From Candidatus Kapaibacterium sp. (lineage in GTDB: Bacteria > Bacteroidota > Ignavibacteria > OLB7): a stretch of DNA of 64,000 nt. Numbering within the stretch: position 1 is the first letter of the stretch; each line of letters opens with the position of its first letter. A program made the position numbers and the translations under genes. Location: the NCBI GenBank assembly GCA_035539855.1, contig DATLHO010000017.1, positions 13,291-77,290 of the forward strand, given 5' to 3'. Positions 54,645 to 64,000 of the stretch are shown here, piece by piece. The notes beneath the pieces are model-generated. The model worked only from the letters and a program-made list of their open reading frames with translations. It searched no databases and was not told where the DNA came from.

Positions 54645-56798
54645 TCACTTCGCCTCGGCGGTCCTCATGTCGACGAACGTCGCGCGGGCGCGCAGATCGG
54701 CGATGAGCTTCGTCATGAGCTCGGTGCGATGGCGCTGGCGATAGCTCTCGGCGAACGCTCCGTCGTCGCGACGATAGTCCGCATCGGTCGGGCCGGTCTT
54801 CTCGAGCACGCGCAGGAAGTAGTAGCCGTGCGTGCCGCGGACGGGGCCGCCGACGGCCTGGCGCGGCACAGCGACGACGAGCGAGTCGAGGATCGTCTCC
54901 TCCTCGTCCGGCGGCGCGTTCGCCGGCCGATCGTTCAGCAGAAAGACCTCGGCCATCGGCGCGAGATCGCGCAGCGGTCCGATCAGCATCTCCGGCGTGA
55001 TGCTGTCGGCGATCGCCTTCATGCGCGGCGCGAGCATGTCGAGCTGGCGGGCGCGGCGGGCGTGCGCCATCGGGTAGTTGGGGATCTTCTCGAACTCCGG
55101 CGTGCCGCCCGACCAGATGCCGTTGAGACGCACGACCATGAGCCGGTCGAACGGCAGCGGAAGGATCGCGACGTCGCCGGGCTTGGCGTCGAAGGCGAAG
55201 CGAGCGGGCGAGAGCACGTCGCCGTAGCGCTCGAGGCGCTTGATGTACGTCGTGTCGGTCGCCATGACGGGATAGCGCGAGCGGAACGCCGCGATGAGCG
55301 AGTCGACGCCGACGCCGCTGCGATACGCCGCGGACAGCGCCTCGGCGTCGCGCACGACGGCTGCGCGGGCGACGTCGGAGATCGCCATCGGGACACGCAG
55401 CTCGCGAAGCGAGAACGCGTCGGTGATCCTCTCGGTCACCCAGATGAGGTGGTAGCCGTGCTCGGTGCGAACCGGACCGATGACGGTGCCGGGCGCGCCG
55501 GCGAACGCCGCGCTGTCGAAGGCGCGGGCCATCCGTCCGCGGCTGAAGTAGCCGAGGTCGCCCTCCTGCGAGACCGCCGCGTCCGTGCTGAAGTAGGTGA
55601 CGCCCTCGATGAACTCGGCTTCGTTGTCGATGCTGTCGCGCAGCACGTTGATCAGCTTCCACGCGTCGCTCTCGGACGCCGTGTCGCCGGGCGCGATCCT
55701 CAGCAGGATGTGGCGCGCGCGCAGGACCGTGTCCTTCGTCGGCGTGCGGCCATCGAGGTACAGCAGCGTCGATTCGCCCTGCTGCGCAAACGGTCCGACG
55801 ACGTCGCCGGCGCGCGCGCCGATGAGCTGGCGGAGCATCTCGCTCGTCATCTGCGCCGGGCTGACGGGGTTTCCGCCGAAGCGGTCGGCCGCGAGGCTGC
55901 GCTGCACGTCGGCGACCGCACGGGCTCTCGACGCGAGCGGCGCCGCGGCGATTACCGAGCGCATCGAGTCGAGCGTCGCGCGGTGGGCGGCAGAGTCGGC
56001 GGACGTGGGCTCGATTGGCAGCACCGTCGCGCCGATCAGGCGCGCGGGCGCCGCCCAGTAGTCGTTCGTGTGCGCATCGTACCAGGCGCGAGCCTCCTCG
56101 AGGCTCACCGGCACCTGACTCTCGTCGATCGTCGAGTGCAGCACGCGGACGAACGAGCCGACGATGCGCGTCTTCTCGGCGAAGTACCGGTTGCGGATCT
56201 TCTTCTCGTCGAGCGGCTTGTCCGCCACGAGCGCGTCGGTGACGCGACGGCGGTTCTCGCGCGACTGAACGTAGAGGATGACCTTCTCGAGGTCGGCCTT
56301 CCACTGCCGCACGAGCGAGTCGCGCTCGACCGAGGCGTCGAGCACGCGGATGATCTGCGACGGATCGCGAATGACCATCTCGAAGACATCCCGCCGGAAG
56401 CGGCCGCGCGAATCGACGAACGGCGCGCGCATGAACTCCGGAGGATCCTTCAGCAGCATCTTCAACGCGTCCTCGCGGCTGACCGCGAGGCGCCGCCGAA
56501 CGGCCTCCTGCCGGACGAGCTCGTCGTCGACGAGTCCGAGCATGATCGTGTCGCCGATCAGCTCGTCGACGGCGACGCGCACGCCGGCGCGACGCTGGAA
56601 CCGCATGTGATCCTCGACCGCGTCGCGGTACTGATCGAGCGGGATCGGCTCGCCGTTGATGGTCGCCGCCGGCGTTCCCGCCGAACGGCGCGGCTCGCTC
56701 CTCGGCGTGCCGCGGCCGCGCTGGGCCGTCAGGTCCGGAGCGTCGAGGCACAGGAGCAGGGCGATCAGAAGCAGAGCGGTGTATCGGTATGATCGCAT
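54645..56798 (-). CDS. PpiD/SurA-like periplasmic chaperone with parvulin-type PPIase domain
   Basis: Signal/anchor sequence (YTALLLIALLL). Parvulin core (ARHILL...GDLGYFSRGRMARAFD...GPVRTEHGYHLIWV). Long SurA-N-like helical regions. Start set at ATG 56798. Confidence 0.75.
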   Translation of the reverse strand: MRSYRYTALLLIALLLCLDAPDLTAQRGRGTPRSEPRRSAGTPAATINGEPIPLDQYRDAVEDHMRFQRRAGVRVAVDELIGDTIMLGLVDDELVRQEAVRRRLAVSREDALKMLLKDPPEFMRAPFVDSRGRFRRDVFEMVIRDPSQIIRVLDASVERDSLVRQWKADLEKVILYVQSRENRRRVTDALVADKPLDEKKIRNRYFAEKTRIVGSFVRVLHSTIDESQVPVSLEEARAWYDAHTNDYWAAPARLIGATVLPIEPTSADSAAHRATLDSMRSVIAAAPLASRARAVADVQRSLAADRFGGNPVSPAQMTSEMLRQLIGARAGDVVGPFAQQGESTLLYLDGRTPTKDTVLRARHILLRIAPGDTASESDAWKLINVLRDSIDNEAEFIEGVTYFSTDAAVSQEGDLGYFSRGRMARAFDSAAFAGAPGTVIGPVRTEHGYHLIWVTERITDAFSLRELRVPMAISDVARAAVVRDAEALSAAYRSGVGVDSLIAAFRSRYPVMATDTTYIKRLERYGDVLSPARFAFDAKPGDVAILPLPFDRLMVVRLNGIWSGGTPEFEKIPNYPMAHARRARQLDMLAPRMKAIADSITPEMLIGPLRDLAPMAEVFLLNDRPANAPPDEEETILDSLVVAVPRQAVGGPVRGTHGYYFLRVLEKTGPTDADYRRDDGAFAESYRQRHRTELMTKLIADLRARATFVDMRTAEAK

Positions 56799-57038
56799 CG
56801 GACGAATCTTCGAGGATGTGTAAAGCACGGAACGGGATGGAGCCGCAGTCGGAGATCCCGAACGAGCGAGGAACATAGAGCGCCCGCGAGGCGCCGGGAA
56901 AGGGAAAAGCCCCCGATCGCACGTCGCGACCGAAGGGCGCAGGGACCAAACACGCCGCGGGGTCGCGAGGTTAGGTCCGTCGAACGACGAAGGCCCGGGC
57001 GAGCTGCCCGGGCCTTTCGTACTACTTGCGACGCACGC

Positions 57039-58319
57039 TCAGGTGCGCTGCTTGACGACCCGGGCCTTCGCGGCGAGTCGTCCGCCGACCTTCTCCTTGT
57101 AGCGCGCCATGATGCGCTTGACGTAGTCGCGCGTCTCGGCGAACGGCGGCACGCCGCGGTACTTCTCGACGTTGCCGGGTCCGGCGTTGTACGCGGCCAG
57201 TGCGAGCGTGACATCGCCCTTGAAGCGCTTGAGCATGAGCTTCAGGTAGCGGACGCCGCCGTCGAGCGACTGGTGCGGATCGTTCGGGTTGCGCACGCCC
57301 ATCATCTCGGCCGTGCCCGGGATCATCTGCGTCAGACCCATCGCCGAGTCGACCGACATCGCGCCGGCGTTGAAGTTCGATTCCTGCTGCACGAGCGCGG
57401 CGATCAGGTACGGATCGATCTGGTACTTCGTGCTGATCTTCGTGATGAGATCGCGGTACGGAACTTTCCACGTGAACTCGACGATCGCGTCGGGACCCTC
57501 GACGATGAGCTCCTCGCGCGAGCGGTACGAGCGCTCCTGCACCGACACCGAGGTCTTGTTCGAGAACGTCGCCGCGGCCTTCTTCTTGGCGGCGTTCTGC
57601 GTCGGGTTCCAGATCATGACCGAGACCATCGTGTTGCCGATGCGGCGCACCGCGCGGGCGACCGTGAGGGTATCGGGCTCGCCGATGCCGGCGAGCAGCG
57701 TCCGATGCACGACGAACTCGAAACCGAAGCGGCGGGTGTACCAGCCGACGAGGGCCTCGACCGTCGAGTCGCTCGAGAAGCTCTGCGCGAACGTCGGGGC
57801 GATGAGCTTCGGAAGCGTCGGCTTCCGCGACTCGGCGCGACCCTTCATGTTGTACGGCGAGGCGACGGCGGCGCGACGGCCGGCGACCGGAATGATTCTC
57901 AGCAGACTGTCGTCGGGAAGCCGGTCGAGATGCGCGAACGTGACGTAGTCCAGCGCCTGCCACTCGCGGGCGATCGCCTTGGCGTAGTCACGGTTGACGC
58001 GCTGGGCCGCCTCCGCCTCGGCGCGGCGGCGTGCCTCCTCGGCGTGCTTCGCCTCCTCGGCCTCGAGACGTGCCGTCTCCTCGGCGCGGCGGCGCGCCTC
58101 CTCGGCGGCGGCACGCTCTGCGGCCGCGCGCTCTGCCGCGGCGGCGCGCTCGGCTGCGACCCGCGCGATCGAATCGGCGGCGTGCTTCTGCGTGCTGTCG
58201 GACTGGAGATAGCCGGGCTTCGGATCGTCCTGCGTCTGTGCCGCGACGGGCTGCCCGAAAAGGGCCGCCGCAGCGATCGCAAGCGCCGCGGTACGAAGTC
58301 TGAGCGTCATCGGGTGCAA
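57039..58319 (-). CDS. Lytic murein transglycosylase (SLT domain) with an Ala/Glu/Arg-rich N-terminal repeat region
   Basis: SLT motifs (VQQESNFNAGAMS, AMGLTQMIP, AAYNAGPGNV) and a signal peptide. Confidence 0.85.
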   Translation of the reverse strand: MHPMTLRLRTAALAIAAAALFGQPVAAQTQDDPKPGYLQSDSTQKHAADSIARVAAERAAAAERAAAERAAAEEARRRAEETARLEAEEAKHAEEARRRAEAEAAQRVNRDYAKAIAREWQALDYVTFAHLDRLPDDSLLRIIPVAGRRAAVASPYNMKGRAESRKPTLPKLIAPTFAQSFSSDSTVEALVGWYTRRFGFEFVVHRTLLAGIGEPDTLTVARAVRRIGNTMVSVMIWNPTQNAAKKKAAATFSNKTSVSVQERSYRSREELIVEGPDAIVEFTWKVPYRDLITKISTKYQIDPYLIAALVQQESNFNAGAMSVDSAMGLTQMIPGTAEMMGVRNPNDPHQSLDGGVRYLKLMLKRFKGDVTLALAAYNAGPGNVEKYRGVPPFAETRDYVKRIMARYKEKVGGRLAAKARVVKQRT

Positions 58320-58571
58320 TCAGTACTGAAGAGTTGCTGGACGGAGTGAGTGACGTCCGCAGCGACAATTTTAGTGCCCGCACCGGCCGAGGGGACGCGG
58401 AGCGCCGGTGAGCGGGACGGACAAACTACACGCGGCCATCGCAACGGCCAAACCCCTCAGGAGTCTCCGATTCGTCCCCTCGGCGCCGCCAGGGCCGTTC
58501 GGGGCCGCGCCGCGGGAGCGCTTTTCCCGACCCGGGGACCTATCTTGCCGTCCCCACTTATCCGGTGCCGA

Positions 58572-58880
58572 ATGGAAACGAACGCGTGGATCGACCGACT
58601 TTACGACGATGACTCGATCACCGACGGCCTCGCCGACCCGGAGGCCGAACAGGTGATGAGCTGGGCCGAGAACCATCTCGCGACCTGCGAGAGCGAACAG
58701 GATGCGCTCCACCTGTTCAACGACATCCGCCTGCTCAGTCGCTACGTCCAGGAGGGAGGGAGCTTCGACCACCTGTTCACGGCACTCCGCGCGAGCGCGC
58801 TGCAGGTGCCGGTCGCCGGCGTGCCGGCTCCCGGCGAGCTCGACGCCGGCACCGAGACGATCTATCCGCCCGAGAGCTGA
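58572..58880 (+). CDS. Small acidic hypothetical protein
   Basis: 102-aa ORF from ATG 58572, ending 4 nt before the phosphatase start. No recognisable family. Confidence 0.4.
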   Translation: METNAWIDRLYDDDSITDGLADPEAEQVMSWAENHLATCESEQDALHLFNDIRLLSRYVQEGGSFDHLFTALRASALQVPVAGVPAPGELDAGTETIYPPES

Positions 58881-58884
58881 ACGC

Positions 58885-60588
58885 ATGCCCGAGCTTCTCG
58901 TCTCTTCGCTCGACATCACCGCGCTGCTCGAGTACAGCCGTCTGCTCAACAGCGTCGACGACGTCGAGGTGATCCACGGCAACGTGCTCCTGTCGCTGAT
59001 GGGGAAGCTCGGCCTCGGACGCGCCGCCGTCGCGGTGCCGATCGGCGACGGGCGCTTCCGCGTCACCGAGACGAAGGGACCGGCCGCGGCGCTCGCCGGC
59101 AGCGAGATCGAGTGGCGCTGCGCGGCCGGCACGGCGCTCGTGCCGGTCGACCGTCTCGAGAGCGACCAGACGCGCGCGCTGCTCGAGTCCGCCGCGATCG
59201 AGCGGGTCATGGAAGTCTCCTTCGGCGGCACGCACCTGATGCTCGTGCTGCTCGGTCGTCCGTTGGTCGGCCGCGAGCTCGGGCAGGACGAGGTCAACTA
59301 CGCGCTGCTCATCGGCGCAATTGCCGCGGCGGCGCTCGACGGCTGTCGCGTCCGCGCGTCGCTGCGCCGGGTCAACCGCCGGCTCGAGCGTCAGGTACAC
59401 CGCCTGCGCTCGCTCTTCGAGGCCAGCAGCGCGTTCAACACCCTGCTCGACCGCGGCTCGATCCTCCGCCTGCTCGGCTTCACGCTCATGGGCGAGATGG
59501 CGATCGGCCGCTTCGCCGTCGCGATCAGAAGCGGCGACGGCCTGCGCACGGTGCTCAACCGGTTCCACGAGGAGATCCCCTCCGAGGCCCTCGAGTACCT
59601 CGCGCGCGAGGCGCCGATGATCGTCGAGCTCGCCGAGGGCGAGCCGCACGAGGGAGTGCGCGCCGATCTTCACGCGCGCGGCGTGCGGGCGTCGATCCCG
59701 ATGGAGGTGCAGGGCGAGGTGCGCGGAGTGCTCCTGGCCGGCGCCCCGCTTCAGCGCGCGATCGACGAAGAGGACATCGAGTACCTCTGCTCGCTCGCGA
59801 ACCTCGCGGTGACGTCGCTCGAGAATGCGCGGCTGCTCGAGGAGATGATCGAGAAGAAGAGGATGGAGGAGGATCTCCGCATCGCCGCCGAGATCCAGCG
59901 GGGGCTGCTTCCGGAGACCTTGCCGACGCTTGCCGGCTACGAGATCGCCGCACGGACGATCCCCTCGCAGCAGGTCGGGGGCGACTGCTACGACGTGATC
60001 GGGCTCGACGGTGGACGCGTGCTCGTCTCGATCGCCGACGTCTCGGGCAAGGGCACGCCCGCGTCGCTGCTGATGGCCAACGTCCAGGCGGCGCTGCGGA
60101 CGCTGGCGAAGATCGATCTGCCGCTGCCGGATCTCGTCAGCCGCATCAACGACGTGATCTATCAGAACACGGCCGTCGACAAGTTCATTACGGCGTTCTT
60201 CGGCATCCTCGATCCCGCGACCGGAGAGTTCGCCTACGTCAACGCGGGACACAACCATCCCTATCTGTTCAACGAGGGCGGGGTGGTGCCGCTGGATTCG
60301 GGGGGATTGATCCTCGGCGTCATGCCGACGACGTTCCCCTACGAGGAGGGCAGGGTCCGTATGGAGCCGGGCGATCTGCTCGTGCTCTACACCGACGGGG
60401 TCAGCGAGTGTCTCGATCCGGATCGCCAGGAGTACGGAGACGATCGCCTGCAGTCGCTCTTCCTGGGAACGCGCGAGATCGGCGCCGAGGAGGCGATCGA
60501 GCTCACGAGCGAGGATCTGCGCCGCTTCGCCAGGGGCGCGCAGCAGTCCGACGACATCACGCTCGTCGTCCTTCGCAGGACGCGGTGA
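58885..60588 (+). CDS. SpoIIE/RsbU-family PP2C serine phosphatase with N-terminal GAF-like sensor regions
   Basis: AAEIQRGLLP, GGDCYDV, ADVSGKG, AGHNHPYL, LVLYTDGV and DDITLVVL. Start re-set to ATG 58885. Confidence 0.85.
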   Translation: MPELLVSSLDITALLEYSRLLNSVDDVEVIHGNVLLSLMGKLGLGRAAVAVPIGDGRFRVTETKGPAAALAGSEIEWRCAAGTALVPVDRLESDQTRALLESAAIERVMEVSFGGTHLMLVLLGRPLVGRELGQDEVNYALLIGAIAAAALDGCRVRASLRRVNRRLERQVHRLRSLFEASSAFNTLLDRGSILRLLGFTLMGEMAIGRFAVAIRSGDGLRTVLNRFHEEIPSEALEYLAREAPMIVELAEGEPHEGVRADLHARGVRASIPMEVQGEVRGVLLAGAPLQRAIDEEDIEYLCSLANLAVTSLENARLLEEMIEKKRMEEDLRIAAEIQRGLLPETLPTLAGYEIAARTIPSQQVGGDCYDVIGLDGGRVLVSIADVSGKGTPASLLMANVQAALRTLAKIDLPLPDLVSRINDVIYQNTAVDKFITAFFGILDPATGEFAYVNAGHNHPYLFNEGGVVPLDSGGLILGVMPTTFPYEEGRVRMEPGDLLVLYTDGVSECLDPDRQEYGDDRLQSLFLGTREIGAEEAIELTSEDLRRFARGAQQSDDITLVVLRRTR

Positions 60589-60695
60589 ATGGTGTTGCGC
60601 GGCTAACGCGACGACGGGATTTTCGTTTTGTCGAGGAATCCCCTGACCGTACTTTCCCATCCCCGTACTGACGTCCAGTCCACGGAACGCCCCCC

Positions 60696-61673
60696 ATGAC
60701 CATAGGCCAGCGACTGAGAGCAGCGCGCGAGGACCACGCCATCACGATCGATGACGTTGCCCGCCGCACCAACATCCGTCCGCGATTTCTCCAGGCGATC
60801 GAAGAGGATGATCTGGCGACGATCCCGTCGTCGCACCAGCGCCTGTTCGTGCGCGAGTTCGCGAAGGTCGTCGGGCTCGCGCCCGAGGAGATTCTCGCCG
60901 AGCTTCCCGAAGTCTCGCCCGCGGTCGTCGCGCCCGAAGTCACGACACGCGAGGCCGCGCCGTTCCGCAGCGAGGCCTCCGAGACCGACCGCCGCGAATA
61001 CCGTGAGATCCTCCGAAACCTCTCGAACACGGGAGGCCGTCTCGCCACGATGACGCGCAATCCCGCGTTCATGCTCATCGGCGCGGCGACGGTGCTGTTG
61101 CTGGCGGTGGCGGTCTACTACTTCCTGACCGGCGACGACGCGTCGGAAGCGCGAGCCGCGGCGATCGGCGCCGACAGCCTCGCGCCGACCGAGATCCTCT
61201 CCGGCGGCGAGGTCGATACCTCCGCGACCGCAACGCCGGCGATCGACGTCGGCAGCGGTGACAGCCTGACGCTCGAGGGCAGGGCGACGGCGAAAGTGTG
61301 GTACACGATCGTGATGGACGGCAAGCGCAGCGAGACCGGCACGCTCGACAGCGGTGCGGTCAAGACGTGGCGCGCGTTCGAGCTCTTCAAGGTCTCGCTC
61401 GGCAACGCCGGCGGACTGCAGCTCTCGCTCAACGAGCGCGCGATCGGGACGCTCGGACCGGCCTCGTCGGTGGTGCGCAGCCGGATCATCGACAAGGACG
61501 GCATCCGCACCGGTCCGGCGCGCAGGCCGACGAGCACCGTCGTCACCGAGCCGGCGAAGCCCGCGACGCGCCGCGCGATCGCGCGCACCGGCGGCACCAG
61601 CGTCCGCCCGCGTGCAGCGCGCACGAAGCGTGCGGAGCCGATGAAGGAGATCATGACGACGCAGATCCGCTAG
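60696..61673 (+). CDS. rodZ: RodZ-like cytoskeleton protein (HTH + TM + DUF4115-like C-terminus)
   Basis: An XRE-type HTH N-terminus (IGQRLRAAREDHAITIDDVARRTNIRPRFLQAIEEDD), a single TM helix, and a C-terminal beta domain (VWYTIVMDGK...). Confidence 0.75.
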   Translation: MTIGQRLRAAREDHAITIDDVARRTNIRPRFLQAIEEDDLATIPSSHQRLFVREFAKVVGLAPEEILAELPEVSPAVVAPEVTTREAAPFRSEASETDRREYREILRNLSNTGGRLATMTRNPAFMLIGAATVLLLAVAVYYFLTGDDASEARAAAIGADSLAPTEILSGGEVDTSATATPAIDVGSGDSLTLEGRATAKVWYTIVMDGKRSETGTLDSGAVKTWRAFELFKVSLGNAGGLQLSLNERAIGTLGPASSVVRSRIIDKDGIRTGPARRPTSTVVTEPAKPATRRAIARTGGTSVRPRAARTKRAEPMKEIMTTQIR

Positions 61674-61688
61674 CGGATTCCCCGGCGC

Positions 61689-62579
61689 CTACGGCACGAG
61701 GTCGATCCGCACCGAGTCCGCGACATACGAAAACGCGCCCAGGCTCTTCGTGGCGTTGTCGAACGTCGCGGCGACGTCGTAGCGGCCGCGGTACAGGACG
61801 AACGTCAGGTAGCCATCCTCCTGGCGGATGAGCCCCGCGAGGTTGCGTCCCGGGAACGTGAACTCTCCGATGTCCTCGACCGCGAGCGCCTGCAGCGGCG
61901 GCGCGACCAGCGTCGGCGCGGCGACGCTCGGACGCCAGCTCACGTAGATGAACACACGCGTCTGCGGCAGCACACCGGTCCAGCGCAGCTTCAGAGAATC
62001 CCCCGCGTCGAGGCTCGCGATCGAGACGTCACGGCCGCTCGACAGCGTGATGCTGCCGAAGCTTGGCGGCATCGAGACCGCCGCCTGCACCGATTCGCCG
62101 GTCGTCCACCCCGCCAGCCACCGCACCTGCCGGTCGACCGAAAACACCGCCGGAGCGGTCGTGTCGAGCTCGTAGTGCGCCGGAGGAGAGTTTTGCAGGA
62201 ACGGGAGCGCGACGCCGTTCGCGCTGAGGCCGTTGATCGGCTTCGCGGTGCCGTCGATCGAGAACAGGCCGAGGCCGCGGAAGTGGCGTCGCGGCGGCAT
62301 CTCGCCGCTGTAGCGGCTTGCGCCGATCTCGCCGGCGACGACGACGCCGGTTGCCGTATCACCACCGATCGCCGTCGTGTTCGAGATCAGCGTGCTCAAC
62401 AGACCCGTGTTGACGCCACCGAAGGCGCCGCGCGGCAGATCGTCGTACGAGGTCGGGTCGTCGCCGCAGCCGGCGATCGTCAGGAGCGTCGCGAATGTCG
62501 CGGCCACACGGGACACGCGAGCGAGTCGCGGCGGCGCGAGCTGCGCGGATGCAAAACGGGCGAGAAAAGGACGTGGCAC
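61689..62579 (-). CDS. Hypothetical lipoprotein
   Basis: GTG 62579 is preceded by AGGAGA. Lipobox (FATLLTIAGCG). It is part of a longer read-through ORF in the track. Confidence 0.5.
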   Translation of the reverse strand: MPRPFLARFASAQLAPPRLARVSRVAATFATLLTIAGCGDDPTSYDDLPRGAFGGVNTGLLSTLISNTTAIGGDTATGVVVAGEIGASRYSGEMPPRRHFRGLGLFSIDGTAKPINGLSANGVALPFLQNSPPAHYELDTTAPAVFSVDRQVRWLAGWTTGESVQAAVSMPPSFGSITLSSGRDVSIASLDAGDSLKLRWTGVLPQTRVFIYVSWRPSVAAPTLVAPPLQALAVEDIGEFTFPGRNLAGLIRQEDGYLTFVLYRGRYDVAATFDNATKSLGAFSYVADSVRIDLVP

Positions 62580-62654
62580 GGTGCGGTCTCCTGGAGACGG
62601 GGTGAACGGGACATGACTGGTCTGATCCGCGGGGCGGCGGGAGTAACTTAAAAT

Positions 62655-64000
62655 ATGGCAAAACAGCGAGTCCGATTTACCTGCAGCGCCTGCGGCGCGA
62701 CCTCTCCACGCTGGCAGGGGCGCTGTCCACACTGCGACGCGTGGGAGAGCTTCGTCGAGGAGGTCATCGCCGCGCCCGTCGCCGCGAAGCGGGGCGACCG
62801 GGCGGCGGTGCGCGGGACGGCGGCGGAGGTGGTGCGGCTCGACGAGGTGACGGTCGCGAGCGAGCCGAGGATCCTCACGGGCATCCGCGAGCTCGACCGC
62901 GTGCTCGGCGGGGGCATCGTGCCCGGCACGTTCATCCTCGTCGGCGGCGATCCCGGCGTCGGTAAGTCGACGCTGATGGCGCAGATGTGCGCGGGACTCG
63001 GCGATCGGACCATCCTCTACATCACCGGCGAGGAATCGCTGCGTCAGATCAAGCTCCGCGCCGACCGACTCGGCGTCGCCGGCGGCGCGCTGTACCTGCT
63101 GGCGGAGACGAACCTCGAGACGATGCTCGCCTCGATCCGCGCGAACTCGCCGGAGATCGTGATCGTCGACTCGATCCAGACGGTCTACGATCCGGCGATC
63201 GAGTCGGCGCCGGGATCGGTCGGGCAGGTGCGCGAGTGCGCCGCGACCCTGATGCAGTTCGCGAAGTCGAGCGGCATCGCAATCTTCATCGTGGGACACG
63301 TGACCAAGGAGGGATCGATCGCCGGACCGAAGGTGCTCGAGCACATGGTCGACACGGTGCTGCAGTTCGAAGGGGAGCGCACGCACATCTACAGGATTCT
63401 GCGCACGACGAAGAATCGCTACGGCTCGACGAACGAGATCGGCGTCTTCGAGATGGCCGAGGCGGGTCTCGTGGAGGTGACCAATCCGAGCGCGCTCTTC
63501 CTGTCCGAGCGCAGCTACGGCGCAAGCGGGTCGGTGATCGCGGCGACGCTCGAAGGGACGCGGCCGATTCTGGTCGAGGCCCAGGCGCTCGTCACGCAGG
63601 CGAGCTACGGCGTGCCGCAGCGCTCGGCGACCGGCTTCGATTACAAGCGTCTGCAGATGCTCCTGGCCGTGCTCGAGAAGCGCCTCGGCCTGCCGCTGGG
63701 GCAGCGCGACGTCTTCGTCAACATAGCAGGCGGCGTGCGCATCGACGATCCCGCGGTCGACCTCGCGGTCGCCGGGGCGATCGTCTCGTCGTTCCGGGAC
63801 ATCCCGGCCGACTCGGGGACGGTCGTCGTCGGCGAGATCGGGCTCGGCGGCGAGATCCGCGCGATCGCGCAGATCGAGCAGCGCATCTCCGAGGCCGCGA
63901 AGCTCGGCTTCAAGACGATCGTCCTGCCGGGTTCGAACATGAAGAAGGCGCCGAAGCGCAGTGACATCGAGCTGCGCGACGTCGGAACGATCCAGCAGGG
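62655..64000 (+). CDS. radA: DNA repair protein RadA/Sms (3' partial, runs off the window)
   Basis: Not in the ORF track because it has no stop in the window. From ATG 62655 it reads MAKQRVRFTCSACGATSPRWQGRCPHCDAWESF (zinc ribbon). It also has Walker A GGDPGVGKST, the KNRYG motif and a Lon-like C-terminal domain. Confidence 0.9.
   Translation, partial: MAKQRVRFTCSACGATSPRWQGRCPHCDAWESFVEEVIAAPVAAKRGDRAAVRGTAAEVVRLDEVTVASEPRILTGIRELDRVLGGGIVPGTFILVGGDPGVGKSTLMAQMCAGLGDRTILYITGEESLRQIKLRADRLGVAGGALYLLAETNLETMLASIRANSPEIVIVDSIQTVYDPAIESAPGSVGQVRECAATLMQFAKSSGIAIFIVGHVTKEGSIAGPKVLEHMVDTVLQFEGERTHIYRILRTTKNRYGSTNEIGVFEMAEAGLVEVTNPSALFLSERSYGASGSVIAATLEGTRPILVEAQALVTQASYGVPQRSATGFDYKRLQMLLAVLEKRLGLPLGQRDVFVNIAGGVRIDDPAVDLAVAGAIVSSFRDIPADSGTVVVGEIGLGGEIRAIAQIEQRISEAAKLGFKTIVLPGSNMKKAPKRSDIELRDVGTIQQ

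Noticed and set aside
54405-56949. ORFs 54405..56792(+) and 54544..56949(-), 795 and 801 aa
   Set aside because: They are shadow frames of the PpiD-like gene. Only the 54645..56876 frame contains the parvulin signature and a signal anchor.
57990-58160. Ala/Glu/Arg-rich nucleotide repeats inside the transglycosylase gene as a separate repeat element
   Set aside because: The repeats are in frame and encode a coiled-coil-like AAERAAA/EEARRRAE linker of the SLT protein. It is low-complexity coding sequence, not an independent element.
1-64000. rRNA, tRNA, tmRNA, transposase, integrase or prophage genes
   Set aside because: None were recognised in any intergenic region or ORF translation. The repeat elements reported have no autonomous mobility gene in this window.

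Overview
High-GC (about 65-70% by eye), gene-dense bacterial chromosome segment. I found no rRNA, tRNA, CRISPR array, transposase or integrase. Three secreted proteins end in T9SS (Por-type) C-terminal sorting domains and most starts lack Shine-Dalgarno sequences, which suggests an FCB-group organism (inference). The core is a complete dcw cluster at 25.7-44.6 kb: mraZ-rsmH-ftsL-ftsI-murE-murF-mraY-murD-ftsW-murG-[hypothetical]-murC-murB-ftsQ-ftsA-ftsZ. Upstream lie a giant VWA/WD40 surface protein, NAD salvage genes (pncA/pncB), a LytS/LytTR pair, a hybrid histidine kinase translationally coupled to a GNAT-fold gene and divergent from an AI-2E transporter, and T9SS cargo genes. Downstream lie a STAND ATPase with a C-terminal SARP DNA-binding module, an envelope-folding cluster with all three PPIase families, uppP, a lytic transglycosylase, a SpoIIE-type phosphatase, rodZ and a 3'-truncated radA. 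The least explained signals are non-coding. First, inverted tandem arrays of a 7-nt unit (GATGTCA / TGACATC) exactly fill the mraY-murD and uppP-cyclophilin spacers from stop codon to start codon, and a half-array abuts the ftsA start. Second, three tandem ~250-bp units at 8.33-9.02 kb are each built on a ~175-bp palindrome, with a related palindrome at 51.26-51.38 kb and a possible relic at 14.25 kb. Many long ORFs in the track are antisense or read-through artefacts of high GC, so several gene starts were re-assigned by hand. Every functional call comes from motif recognition by eye, and no database search was run.
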